From NCBI GenBank assembly GCA_044224775.1, contig JBGAJU010000004.1:18084-82083 (forward strand): 64,000 nt of DNA. Direction: 5' to 3'. The DNA comes from Flavipsychrobacter sp. (GTDB taxonomy: Bacteria > Bacteroidota > Bacteroidia > Chitinophagales > Chitinophagaceae). Under the pieces are notes generated by a model. The model was not told where the DNA came from. It did no database searches and was given only the letters and a program-made list of their open reading frames with translations. Both the position numbers and the translations under genes were made by a program. The number at the start of each line of letters is the position of its first letter. Position 1 is the stretch's first letter. Shown piece after piece: positions 38,648 to 48,131 of the stretch.

Positions 38648-39670
38648 CTATTTTTTGCCGGTAACTCTAATACCCAATCCACTCCTGCCTGATAATTTTA
38701 TTATGCCATTTGCATATTCCAGCCCCTCAGCCACGTCTTCTTTCAGCAGCAGTGGTCCGTCAGCATCCACCTCATCCAGCAAGGGGAGGAGATTAGCGAT
38801 AGCAGCCGAACCAATGGTACTTTCATTCATAGATCCTATCATTACCTTTAATCCTAGACTTCGTGCATCTTTAATCATCCTTAGTGCCGGGGTTATGCCG
38901 CCACATTTGGTGAGTTTAATATTTATGCCATGAAATCCACCAGCACACTTCTTTACTTCGTCCTCGGTCCGGCAGCTCTCATCAGCAAATAATGGAATTG
39001 CTGAAATAGCTTTCAACTCTTTCATTGCTTCATCCTCGGTTCGTGGAAGGGGTTGCTCTATCATAGTTACATTCAACTGCTGCAAGTCCGTCAGTAGCTT
39101 TTTTGCATCCTCAAAAGTCCATCCTTCATTCACATCTATCCGGAAGGGCGCATCAGTATGTTGTCGTAATGCGCGTAAAATATCTATATCTCCCGGCGCG
39201 CTGACTTTTATTTTATATATAGGCCATGGATGTGCTTTCACTTTAGCAACCATGGCTTCCTGTGTATCAATACCCAGGGTATAATCAGTGATCGGTATGT
39301 TTTCCCATTTCAGTCCCAACAATTGATAGAGCGGTTTACGGCTCATTTGTGCAAACAGGTCCCAGCCGGCTATGTCCAATGCAGCAGTAAGAAAATGTTG
39401 CCCGGGAATAAGATGGTGCAAAAAATGCCAGAAGCGTTGGGGTTCTGTGAGTGAATATCGCTCTATCATTTGTCGCTTAGCCTCAAGCACTTCTATCATT
39501 CCCGGCACCGTAACATCGTAATAATGAATAGCCGGTGCCTCTCCAAATCCCCTCAGGTTGCCTAAGCCCAACGATGTAACCAGCGTTGGCTGATGTGTCT
39601 TTCTTCCATGGTGTGTAACAAAAGGATATTCAAACTCCAGCTCAAAAGGGTAATAATTTAATTGCAACAT
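38648..39670 (-). CDS. Dipeptide epimerase (L-Ala-D/L-Glu epimerase type, enolase superfamily)
   Basis: Catalytic/metal ligand pattern KIKV (KxK), DVNEGW, IEQP, ADES, NIKLTKCGG. Confidence 0.8.
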   Translation of the reverse strand: MLQLNYYPFELEFEYPFVTHHGRKTHQPTLVTSLGLGNLRGFGEAPAIHYYDVTVPGMIEVLEAKRQMIERYSLTEPQRFWHFLHHLIPGQHFLTAALDIAGWDLFAQMSRKPLYQLLGLKWENIPITDYTLGIDTQEAMVAKVKAHPWPIYKIKVSAPGDIDILRALRQHTDAPFRIDVNEGWTFEDAKKLLTDLQQLNVTMIEQPLPRTEDEAMKELKAISAIPLFADESCRTEDEVKKCAGGFHGINIKLTKCGGITPALRMIKDARSLGLKVMIGSMNESTIGSAAIANLLPLLDEVDADGPLLLKEDVAEGLEYANGIIKLSGRSGLGIRVTGKK

Positions 39671-39686
39671 TCCATAAAATTGCGAT

Positions 39687-39694
39687 TATTTTTG
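39687..39694 (+). promoter_or_regulatory. Candidate -7 promoter box (TAnnTTTG)
   Basis: TATTTTTG lies 23 nt upstream of the ATG at 39717. Confidence 0.3.
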
Positions 39695-39716
39695 CATAGA
39701 ACACACTTTTGTTTTC

Positions 39717-41369
39717 ATGCCAAAGGTTCCCCCGTGGATTTTTATCGTTATAGCAATACTTTATTGCTGCGCCGTTGGCATAGACACTATGGACGTGGAT
39801 GCATCGCAGTATGCCGAAATGAGCAGGGAGATGATGCAAAGCGGCGACTACCTGCATATTTATGACCGCGGCCTGGATTACCTGGACAAACCTCCTTTCC
39901 TTTTTTGGGTCAATGCATTGAGCATGAAGGTATTCGGTGTAAACAATTTTGGTTACAAATTTCCGTCAGTATTATTTGCGTTGCTTGCTTTATACGCCAC
40001 ATACAGGCTGGCACGGCTATTGTATAATGAAAGCACCGGGCGAATGGCTGCATTGGTGCTCGCAACATGCCAGGGAATGTTCCTGATGACCAATGATGTA
40101 CGCTGCGACACAATTCTGATGGCTTGGGTAATTACTGCAATATGGCTGATACAGGAGTGGATAACAGGGAAGAAACTATACAACCTGCTTCTTGGTAGCG
40201 CTGCCATAGGTTTCGGTATGATGACAAAAGGTCCCATAGCGTTGATGGTACCGGTATTTTGTTTTGTTTGCGACTGGGCATTGAAGCGGCAATGGAAACA
40301 TTTTTTTTACCCGGCATATTTATTGGGTCTGGTAATAATAGCCGCGTTGCTCATACCCATGAGCATTGGCCTCTACCAGCAGTTCGATCTCCACCCTGAA
40401 AAATCTGTCAATGGGCTCACGGGTATTTCAGGCTTACGCTTTTTCTATTGGTCGCAAAGTTTCGGGCGCATCACCGGGGAAAGCCCCTGGAAGAATGAAG
40501 CGGATCTTGGCTTCCTGCTGCAGAATATGCTTTGGTCTTTCCTGCCGTGGATATTTCTGTTCCTTCCTGCGCTGGTCATAAATATTATTCAGTTAACAAA
40601 ACAAAAGTTTCGATTGCTGCCACAGCAGGAGTGGATAACAACAGGTGGATTCATCCTAACCTACCTTGCCCTGGGTTCATCAGCGTACCAGTTGCCGCAT
40701 TATATTTTTGTGGCGTTTCCCCTGGCGGCTATTATAACTGCAAAATTGCTTCATGATCTTATTGAACAGAAGAAATACAATAGACTTTACAAGGTTATGA
40801 AGCCTCTCCTCATCACTATATCAGCAATACTTGTTGTGGTGGTGCTGGCACTTATTACTTATGTTTTCCCATCCGGCATATTGTTCATCACATTATGGGT
40901 TATTAGCCTCGCCCTATGGCTCTTTCTTGCTTTTCGCAAGTCGCTTCGCGGTAAATTATTATGGCTACCGGCCACTTGTATGATCATTATCAATGTGTTC
41001 ATCACCCTGCATATCTATCCATCATTATTAAACTACCAGGTGGGGTCGGTTGTGGGAAAGTATACCACTGCAAATTCTATATCCGCCGACAAACTCACTG
41101 CCTGTAATGTGGAAGACCCTTTGAATGCACTGCATTTTTATGCCCAGGGTATTATACAACGTGTAACAAACATTGTAGAAATACCAAAAGGAAATTATGC
41201 GCTTGTAATGGAGCCCAGTCTTAATGAAATGAAAGAAAAAGGCATTGGCTTTGACATAGTGAAACAAGGACAATTCTTTAAAGTAAGTGAATTAACACCC
41301 GAGTTTTTGAACCCGCAAACAAGAGAGAAAGCTACGAAGCACTATTATTTAATAAAACTGAGACAGTAA
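39717..41369 (+). CDS. GT-C fold glycosyltransferase, family 39/83 (ArnT/PMT-like)
   Basis: N-terminus MDVDASQYAEMSREMMQSGDYL...DYLDKPPFLFW is typical of ArnT-like enzymes. About 12 TM helices. Confidence 0.8.
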   Translation: MPKVPPWIFIVIAILYCCAVGIDTMDVDASQYAEMSREMMQSGDYLHIYDRGLDYLDKPPFLFWVNALSMKVFGVNNFGYKFPSVLFALLALYATYRLARLLYNESTGRMAALVLATCQGMFLMTNDVRCDTILMAWVITAIWLIQEWITGKKLYNLLLGSAAIGFGMMTKGPIALMVPVFCFVCDWALKRQWKHFFYPAYLLGLVIIAALLIPMSIGLYQQFDLHPEKSVNGLTGISGLRFFYWSQSFGRITGESPWKNEADLGFLLQNMLWSFLPWIFLFLPALVINIIQLTKQKFRLLPQQEWITTGGFILTYLALGSSAYQLPHYIFVAFPLAAIITAKLLHDLIEQKKYNRLYKVMKPLLITISAILVVVVLALITYVFPSGILFITLWVISLALWLFLAFRKSLRGKLLWLPATCMIIINVFITLHIYPSLLNYQVGSVVGKYTTANSISADKLTACNVEDPLNALHFYAQGIIQRVTNIVEIPKGNYALVMEPSLNEMKEKGIGFDIVKQGQFFKVSELTPEFLNPQTREKATKHYYLIKLRQ

Positions 41370-41370
41370 C

Positions 41371-42090
41371 TTATTTAAACTGCTTCAGGTAATACTTTAT
41401 CCCATCATCTTCCAGTATCATCTCCCCGTTCTGGCATTTTATCACCTTCAGTATGCGTTTGTTCTTGCCATCGCAATCCAGCACCTGGTCGGCGCCTAAC
41501 GATTTGATGTACCACGACCACTTATTTCTTGGGTCGGTGCCGCTGAAAACGTAACCCTGCTTGCCGTCAGATGACGGGCCTGTTATATATACCGTTCGCA
41601 CAGCAACAGAGTTATCAATTATTCCCGATGCTTTTTCTTTTACCTCTCGTCTGTAAACAGACCACTTGCCTATCATCTGGTCTATATTGGTAACGGGCAA
41701 TAATTTTTCTTCCTTCTCCAGCACGATGGTCTTAACAGTATCAGACGAATCCCTACTGAAGTAAAAAATACCTTCGGGATTGGTAAGCACCAGGCTCAAT
41801 GGTTTGCGTTCTGCTATCCTGTAGCGTGCCGTCCCAAAATCCAGCAGGCTGTCTTCACTTATGGTATAGCCGCCCTTATATATAAATCCGTTCTTTAGAT
41901 TGTATTGAAAGGAATCTTTAGGCCTGAACCAGATAAACATAGTATCAGCAAAAGAAACAACTGTAGAATCTGTCTTCATTCTTTTTATCTCCCGCCACCG
42001 GCTCACCGGCATGGTTTTGGTTTTACGTTTGTCAACGCATTGTGCCGATACCGGTATAAGCAGCATGAATAAAAACAGTATATTTTTCAT
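41371..42090 (-). CDS. Hypothetical secreted protein, possibly a lipocalin-like duplicated domain
   Basis: Signal peptide MKNILFLFMLLIPVSAQC. Two GKWS/YKGGY-type beta-rich halves. No catalytic motif. Confidence 0.5.
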   Translation of the reverse strand: MKNILFLFMLLIPVSAQCVDKRKTKTMPVSRWREIKRMKTDSTVVSFADTMFIWFRPKDSFQYNLKNGFIYKGGYTISEDSLLDFGTARYRIAERKPLSLVLTNPEGIFYFSRDSSDTVKTIVLEKEEKLLPVTNIDQMIGKWSVYRREVKEKASGIIDNSVAVRTVYITGPSSDGKQGYVFSGTDPRNKWSWYIKSLGADQVLDCDGKNKRILKVIKCQNGEMILEDDGIKYYLKQFK

Positions 42091-42201
42091 ATTCAAAGAA
42101 ACCACGAGGGTTGCCCAATTCCTACAAATTTAGTCGAACAATACGTTATATCAATTGTAAATTGATGCTAATTCTTTAATTTCATTTGATCAAAAGCAGT
42201 T

Positions 42202-42876
42202 ATGCCCGGGGAACAGCTACATATAACGTTAATACAGCCCGATATAGTATGGGAAAATAAGGAGGCCAACCTGCAGCAATACGAAAAAATGATCGCAGGA
42301 ATCTCGGGCGTCAAACATGTGGTGGCCCTGCCCGAGATGTTCAGCACCGGTTTTAGTATGGCGCCCGAGCGATTGGCTGAAATGCTATGGGTGCAACCCG
42401 ACGGAAAAATAGGGACATACGACAAGCGGCATCTTTTTGCCTATGCCGATGAAGAAAAACACTACACCTGTGGCGATAAACGCTTGATAGTAAGTGTGAA
42501 CGGATGGCGCATAAACCTTATGGTATGCTACGACCTGCGCTTCCCGGTATGGGCGCGCAACCAGGGCGATGAATATGATGTGCTGCTCTACGTAGCCAAC
42601 TGGCCGGAGCCACGCAGCCTTGCGTGGCGCACATTGCTGCAGGCGCGCGCTATAGAAAATCAAAGTTATGTAGTAGGCGTGAACAGGGTGGGCAAAGACG
42701 GTAAAGATTTCAATTACCTGGGCGAAAGCAGCGTCTTCGGACCACTGGGCGAACAGATCTGGCAAAAAGCCGGCGACCCTGCTTGCCATACCGTGAGCCT
42801 TGAAAAAGAAGTGCTGCAAAAAGTGCGCACTAAACTTCCGTTCCTGAATGATGCGGACAAATTTTTGCTTTTATAG
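42202..42876 (+). CDS. Nitrilase-superfamily amidohydrolase (YafV / omega-amidase-like), shorter than usual
   Basis: Glu in ALPEMFSTGF, Lys in YDKRHLF and Cys in MVCYDLRFPVWARN. NWP.PR and ARAIENQSYVVGVNRVG are also present. Only 224 aa. Confidence 0.75.
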   Translation: MPGEQLHITLIQPDIVWENKEANLQQYEKMIAGISGVKHVVALPEMFSTGFSMAPERLAEMLWVQPDGKIGTYDKRHLFAYADEEKHYTCGDKRLIVSVNGWRINLMVCYDLRFPVWARNQGDEYDVLLYVANWPEPRSLAWRTLLQARAIENQSYVVGVNRVGKDGKDFNYLGESSVFGPLGEQIWQKAGDPACHTVSLEKEVLQKVRTKLPFLNDADKFLLL

Positions 42877-42933
42877 GCCGCGCTAATACTCGCGTATTGA
42901 TTTTTTCCGTAGCTTGATTATTAAATTATTCGG

Positions 42934-45159
42934 ATGAAACGGTTGCTGAAGGGTATATATTATTTTCTACCGGTACAGCTTTTGCTGCTTCACTTCCGTA
43001 AATACCAGCTGCTCTTATTATTCTGGATAATCCTGCTGCTTACCATTACCGGCAAATTTGCAGCACACTTTGGCGCTTCTTCTCTGTTCCTTGCGCCTGA
43101 ATATCTCGGCAAGATCAATTTCTTCAGCATGTTCCTGTTGGGTTGCGCTATGTGTGTATTTATCATGACGTGGCACATCACCACATTCATTATTCACAGC
43201 AAGCGTATACCCTATATGGGGGCTACGCGTCTGGCATTCGTGGTATATACATTCAATAACTGCATTATCCCAACTGCATTTCTTGTATTTTACTCGTTGG
43301 TTGCCATTCGTTTTCAATGGTATGACGAACATGCAACTGTTAAAGAGATCGTATTGTTGCTGCTTGGTTTTTACCTGGGCATCCTTGTTATTATTCTTAT
43401 CTCGTTCATCTATTTTTTCCGTGTGAGCCGTGATTTTTTTAAATCCATGCTCACCACCATAACCAACCCCTCCCGCATACGCGGCCTTATTCCCTACGAC
43501 TCCCTCGACTACGAGGTGGATATGATACCCGCCCGTTCGTTCATTTCCGTAAACCTGCGCGTGTCGGAAATATCAGATATCGAACCCTACCACCCACGCG
43601 TAATGAATACTGTGCTGCGCCGCCACCACCGCAATGTGATCTTTGCCGCACTTTTTGCATATATCCTCCTGCTGCTGATGGGCATATTCATGGAAAAACC
43701 CACCCTCAGGGTACCGGCTGGTGCTAGTTTCCTGTTGTTGTTCTCCATTATTATGGGCGTGGTTGGCGCATTCAAGTATTTCCTTAAAAGCTGGGAAACC
43801 ATTGGTTGGGTAGTTTTCTTCCTGCTGCTTTCATTGATGGTAAAATACCGCTGGTTCGACCTGCGCAGTATTGCCTATGGCCTCAACTACAGGCAGGATG
43901 TTCGCGAGCAGCCCGACTACAACTATGCTACGTTAAAAAACCTATTCAATAAGCAGCGATTTAACAACGATAAAAAACTGGAAGAGGCCCGGTTGCAATT
44001 ATGGAAAAATAAGCACCCTGCCGATACTGTTGATCCCCCATTAGTGGTCATATCTGTGAGCGGTGGTGGTTCCCGCTCTGCATACTGGACATTCCGCTCG
44101 CTGCAATATATTGACAGTGCGTCTCACGGGCAACTATTCAAAAATACAGTGCTCATCACAGGGGCATCAGGCGGTATGATAGGTGCCGCCTATTGGCGCA
44201 GCCTGCACGATGCGCATTTGCGCGGCTTGGTAAAAGACCCATATGCTGCTGCTTACCAGAAAAACATCGGCAAAGACCTGCTCAATTCCATTATATTCTC
44301 GCTTGCAAGTGTCGACCTGATCTCTCCTTTCAATAAAATTTCTGTTTCCGGTTATTCCTACACACGCGACCGCGGTTATGCAATGGAGCAGGAAATGGCA
44401 CGAAATACCGAAGGCTTGCTTGATAAGAATTTCAATTTCTTTAAACCCCGGGAAGCAACCGGCCAGATCCCGCTGATGTTGGTGTGCGGCACGATTATAA
44501 ACGATGGGCGAAAATTGGTGATGGCAGGTCAGCCGGTTGGCTATCTTACCCAGCCGGAGTATTCACTCAGCCAGCAGGCCCCGGTAATTGATGCGGTAGA
44601 TTTTGCAACCTTTTTCAACCGGCAGGACCCGTACAATCTGCGGTTGACTTCAGCGCTGCGCATGAATGCTACCTTTCCCTTCGTGCTACCGGTTGTGCGC
44701 CTGCCCAGCCAGCCACGCATGAATATAATGGATGCCGGTTTGAACGATAACTTTGGTGTGAGCCTTACCAGCAGGTACATATATGTGATGCGCGACTGGT
44801 TGCAGAAAAATACGCGCCGCGTTGTCTTCCTGCAATTGCGTGACACCCGGGAGAGCGACGTGGGCGTACCTTCAGACGAAACTTCACTCATCAGCATGAT
44901 AGCTGATCCCGTATTTGTGATACAACATAGATGGGAAGCACTGCAATCTTATTCCGGCAACTACGTAAAAGATTTTGCGCCACATTTTCTTAATGGCAAA
45001 CTCCAATTCGTCACCTTGCAATATGTGCCAAAGGAAGCAAAGAAAGTCGCATCACTTAACTTCCACCTTACGCAAAAAGAAAAAGAAGATATTTACGAGT
45101 CCATCCATAATGCCGACAATGTAATTGCTATAGATACTTTACTGAAAGTATTGAAGTAG
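42934..45159 (+). CDS. Membrane-anchored patatin-like phospholipase
   Basis: About 300 aa of N-terminal TM helices. Then the patatin motifs VSGGGSRSAYW (Gly-rich), GASGG (GxSxG) and MDAGLNDNFG (catalytic Asp). Confidence 0.75.
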   Translation: MKRLLKGIYYFLPVQLLLLHFRKYQLLLLFWIILLLTITGKFAAHFGASSLFLAPEYLGKINFFSMFLLGCAMCVFIMTWHITTFIIHSKRIPYMGATRLAFVVYTFNNCIIPTAFLVFYSLVAIRFQWYDEHATVKEIVLLLLGFYLGILVIILISFIYFFRVSRDFFKSMLTTITNPSRIRGLIPYDSLDYEVDMIPARSFISVNLRVSEISDIEPYHPRVMNTVLRRHHRNVIFAALFAYILLLLMGIFMEKPTLRVPAGASFLLLFSIIMGVVGAFKYFLKSWETIGWVVFFLLLSLMVKYRWFDLRSIAYGLNYRQDVREQPDYNYATLKNLFNKQRFNNDKKLEEARLQLWKNKHPADTVDPPLVVISVSGGGSRSAYWTFRSLQYIDSASHGQLFKNTVLITGASGGMIGAAYWRSLHDAHLRGLVKDPYAAAYQKNIGKDLLNSIIFSLASVDLISPFNKISVSGYSYTRDRGYAMEQEMARNTEGLLDKNFNFFKPREATGQIPLMLVCGTIINDGRKLVMAGQPVGYLTQPEYSLSQQAPVIDAVDFATFFNRQDPYNLRLTSALRMNATFPFVLPVVRLPSQPRMNIMDAGLNDNFGVSLTSRYIYVMRDWLQKNTRRVVFLQLRDTRESDVGVPSDETSLISMIADPVFVIQHRWEALQSYSGNYVKDFAPHFLNGKLQFVTLQYVPKEAKKVASLNFHLTQKEKEDIYESIHNADNVIAIDTLLKVLK

Positions 45160-45161
45160 TA

Positions 45162-46052
45162 TTACAACTGTTTGCTCAGGTCTTTCCAGTTATAGTTGGC
45201 CGGCTGCCATTTTTTACCTGACATAATACCTGATATATGCCTGTTGCTGTAAAATACCAGTTTCTCCTGCATCAGGTTTTCCATTTGTACCAGTGCACTG
45301 TAATGTACCAGCTCTTGCCAACTCTTATCTTTAAAATGATGAAAGAATGAAGAGAGTACGCTGCCCGCCTCTTTCATATTCCAATAGTGGAAAATGTACG
45401 GCGCGGCTGCTTTTATATCATCCGTATCCTGGAAGTAAACGGAGAATGCAAATTGCTCTACCACATGTTTCGGGAATTTAGGATATTCCCTGTCTGTAAA
45501 TGCGAGCACTTCGTCCAGCAGCTGCTTATGCTGTGTGTTGAAACCCAGTACACCGGCATTCCACATAGCCATTTCATTTAGTGGTCTGCCATTTTGTTGT
45601 AGTTGGGCTCCTTCCAGATAATTGTTCAGCTTTCGCAATACCGGGTTTACCTTATCACTCACCTTACTCTCCCGTATGTGCATGTACAATTTGCCTGCGT
45701 CTATATCTGCAAATATTTTTTCTATGCGGTGTGTGAATACTACATCCGTATCCACATACAGAATGTTACCTGTTTTGCTGCTTGTAAGGTCTTTAAGTAT
45801 CTCTATCTTCACCCGGTGCACAAAGTCAATAGAGCCACGCCATTTTTTAATAGTTGCATCGTCAACTGTCCTGTAGTTAAGTGCCAGCGTGCAATTCAGT
45901 GCTCTGAACCATTCCGGATTATCTGTGTATATCCAGATATCTTTGTTCTTCAGTTCATCTGTATGATACAACCGGCAAAGGGATAACAGTGCGTAAGCAC
46001 ACTCATGAAAAACCCTTTCATGACCATAACACAGAAAAACAATGTAGTTCAT
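45162..46052 (-). CDS. Hypothetical GT-A-fold (GT8-like) nucleotide-sugar transferase
   Basis: DxD-type motif ILYVDTDVVF and WNAGVLGF, reminiscent of GT8 enzymes. Its start is 2 nt after the hutH stop. Confidence 0.45.
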   Translation of the reverse strand: MNYIVFLCYGHERVFHECAYALLSLCRLYHTDELKNKDIWIYTDNPEWFRALNCTLALNYRTVDDATIKKWRGSIDFVHRVKIEILKDLTSSKTGNILYVDTDVVFTHRIEKIFADIDAGKLYMHIRESKVSDKVNPVLRKLNNYLEGAQLQQNGRPLNEMAMWNAGVLGFNTQHKQLLDEVLAFTDREYPKFPKHVVEQFAFSVYFQDTDDIKAAAPYIFHYWNMKEAGSVLSSFFHHFKDKSWQELVHYSALVQMENLMQEKLVFYSNRHISGIMSGKKWQPANYNWKDLSKQL

Positions 46053-46054
46053 AC

Positions 46055-47527
46055 CTACAGCACAGGTGGTTGATTATTCAAAAACTTTTCTGCAGCTATC
46101 AGCTTATCGTGCAGCACTTCGTCCTCTGCCATGAAGGATGCTTCTTTACGTAGCGCATTATATACTCCTTCCAATACCTGAGAAGACTTATGCGGCCGCC
46201 TCAACTCCAGCGCCTGTGCAGCAGTAAGCAACTCTATTGCCAGCACGCGCTGCACATTCTTTATCACCTGTCTCAGTTTTGTTGCGGCATTAGCGCCCAT
46301 GCTCACGTGGTCTTCCTGGCCGTTACTGCTCACAATACTATCCACCGATGCCGGTGTGCATAATTGTTTGTTCTGGCTCACTATAGCAGCGGCTGTATAT
46401 TGCGCTATCATAAAACCACTATTCAAACCTGCATTGGGTGCCAGGAATGGCTGCAGTCCACGTTGCCCGCTCACTAATAAATAAGTTCTGCGTTCCGATA
46501 TGTTTGCCAGCTCTGCCATAGCTATTGCCAAAAAGTCGGCATGCAGCGCCAGTGTTTGCCCGTGAAAATTGCCACCACTCATTATCTCGCCCTCATCATG
46601 GAACACTATCGGGTTATCTGTCACAGAATTAATTTCTGTTTCCACTATCCTGTTCACCGTATCTACCACATCTTTTGTTGCGCCATGCACCTGCGGCATG
46701 CAGCGGAACGAATACGGATCCTGCACCTGCGACTTATGTAGTTTCTGTATCTCGCTGCCTTTTAATAATTCCAATATCCTTGCTGCAGTGTCTATCTGTC
46801 CTTTATGCGGGCGCACACGGTGTATGGGTGATTTGAAAGGTTCATCCTTCGCCATAAATGCATCTGCCGATAATGCCCCTATCACATCTGCCCACACCTG
46901 CAATCTTTTTGCTTCCACCAGGCTCCATGTCATATATGAGCTCATGAACTGAGTTCCATTTAGCAATGCAAGGCCTTCTTTGGCAGCCAGCGTCATTGGT
47001 TTCAACCCTTCACGCTGGAATGCTACTGATGCCGCAACTCTCTCTCCTTTATAATTCACTTCACCTTTACCCAATATCGGCAGGCACAAATGCGCCAGCG
47101 GCGCCAGGTCTCCGGAAGCACCAAGCGAGCCTAGTTCATACACCACAGGCAATATGCCAAGATTATAAAAGTCAATAAGCCGTTGCACTATCTCGGGGCG
47201 CACACCGCTGTAACCCTGACTCAGACCATGCACTTTCAGCAACAGCATCAGCCGCACAATTTCCTGTGGCACTTCATTGCCCATGCCGCAAGCATGCGAG
47301 CATACCAGGTTTTCCTGTAGTTGTTCCAGCTCATGGTCTTCAACGCGCACATTACAAAGCGAGCCAAAACCGGTATTGATGCCGTAGTATGTTTTACCCC
47401 CCTTCAGTAAGTTATCGAGGTATTGCCTGTTGTGTGTTATGCGGCCTATAGCCCCAACAGACAGATCGAAGTTGTCTTCCTGCTTGCAGCTAAAAAAATC
47501 AATGGATAAATGCTCCGGTAATTCCAT
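46055..47527 (-). CDS. hutH: Histidine ammonia-lyase
   Basis: MIO-forming triad in GSLGASGDLAPLAHL. YGINTGFG motif. Ser-His selectivity pair in NLVCSHACGMG, which is HAL type rather than TAL/PAL type. Confidence 0.85.
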   Translation of the reverse strand: MELPEHLSIDFFSCKQEDNFDLSVGAIGRITHNRQYLDNLLKGGKTYYGINTGFGSLCNVRVEDHELEQLQENLVCSHACGMGNEVPQEIVRLMLLLKVHGLSQGYSGVRPEIVQRLIDFYNLGILPVVYELGSLGASGDLAPLAHLCLPILGKGEVNYKGERVAASVAFQREGLKPMTLAAKEGLALLNGTQFMSSYMTWSLVEAKRLQVWADVIGALSADAFMAKDEPFKSPIHRVRPHKGQIDTAARILELLKGSEIQKLHKSQVQDPYSFRCMPQVHGATKDVVDTVNRIVETEINSVTDNPIVFHDEGEIMSGGNFHGQTLALHADFLAIAMAELANISERRTYLLVSGQRGLQPFLAPNAGLNSGFMIAQYTAAAIVSQNKQLCTPASVDSIVSSNGQEDHVSMGANAATKLRQVIKNVQRVLAIELLTAAQALELRRPHKSSQVLEGVYNALRKEASFMAEDEVLHDKLIAAEKFLNNQPPVL

Positions 47528-47568
47528 GTGGCAAAAATAGTTATTTCGCTCTAACCTCGGGAACGCAA

Positions 47569-48087
47569 TCAGCGTCCCACTATCTTCAGCAGATCCCCCT
47601 CTACGCTTTTCTTCACAGTTTCTGTAATGCGGCCTTTCTCGTTGCCGGATTTGTCCAGCACTATAATGGTGGGCAGGTTGGCAATGTTATATTTCTTCAC
47701 ATCGCCGCTTCGGGTCTCTTTTTTGCGCTCCACGCCATACATCTCTATCTGGTGCACCGGGTAGTTTATCTCGCGCAGCACTTTAAAGAATTTCGGCAGC
47801 ATATCGTGCGTATCGCTGCACCACGTACCCATAAATACTACCAGCTTATAATTATCGGTAGTAAGGCGCTCTTTTAAATTTTTTATTTTTTTCGCCTTGG
47901 GGGTATAGCCATCTATACCTGCCTCCAGCCAGTTGAATGACGGCTCCCTTGTCAGCGACAAATAAGTTACAGGCCCCCTGAAGACCAGTTGGCCGTTCTT
48001 CGGGTCTTTCGAAACATCTGTCTCCTCCGTTTGCGCTATTGCGCCAACCGAAAACAATACCAGTAAAAAGATCGAAAAAAATTTCAT
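47569..48087 (-). CDS. Thioredoxin-fold (TlpA-like) secreted protein with a CxxT motif in place of CxxC
   Basis: Signal peptide MKFFSIFLLVLFSVGAIAQ. Motif FMGTWCSDTHDMLPKF at the position of WCxxC. ATG at 48087 preferred over 48132. Confidence 0.65.
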   Translation of the reverse strand: MKFFSIFLLVLFSVGAIAQTEETDVSKDPKNGQLVFRGPVTYLSLTREPSFNWLEAGIDGYTPKAKKIKNLKERLTTDNYKLVVFMGTWCSDTHDMLPKFFKVLREINYPVHQIEMYGVERKKETRSGDVKKYNIANLPTIIVLDKSGNEKGRITETVKKSVEGDLLKIVGR

Positions 48088-48131
48088 GACATCTTTCACA
48101 TTACCCCACATTCCATCACATTGCTTCCACA

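Noticed and set aside
42934-45159. The patatin gene as the effector of a CBASS-like or other defence system.
   Set aside because: No cyclase, sensor, nuclease or other defence-type partner is adjacent. The neighbours are metabolic genes, and the composition looks native. I kept it only as a low-to-moderate-interest observation.
46055-47527. The ammonia-lyase as a tyrosine ammonia-lyase feeding flexirubin-type pigment synthesis.
   Set aside because: The selectivity position reads Ser-His (NLVCSHACGMG), as in histidine ammonia-lyases, not His-Leu (TAL) or Phe-Leu (PAL). No polyketide or flexirubin genes are nearby.
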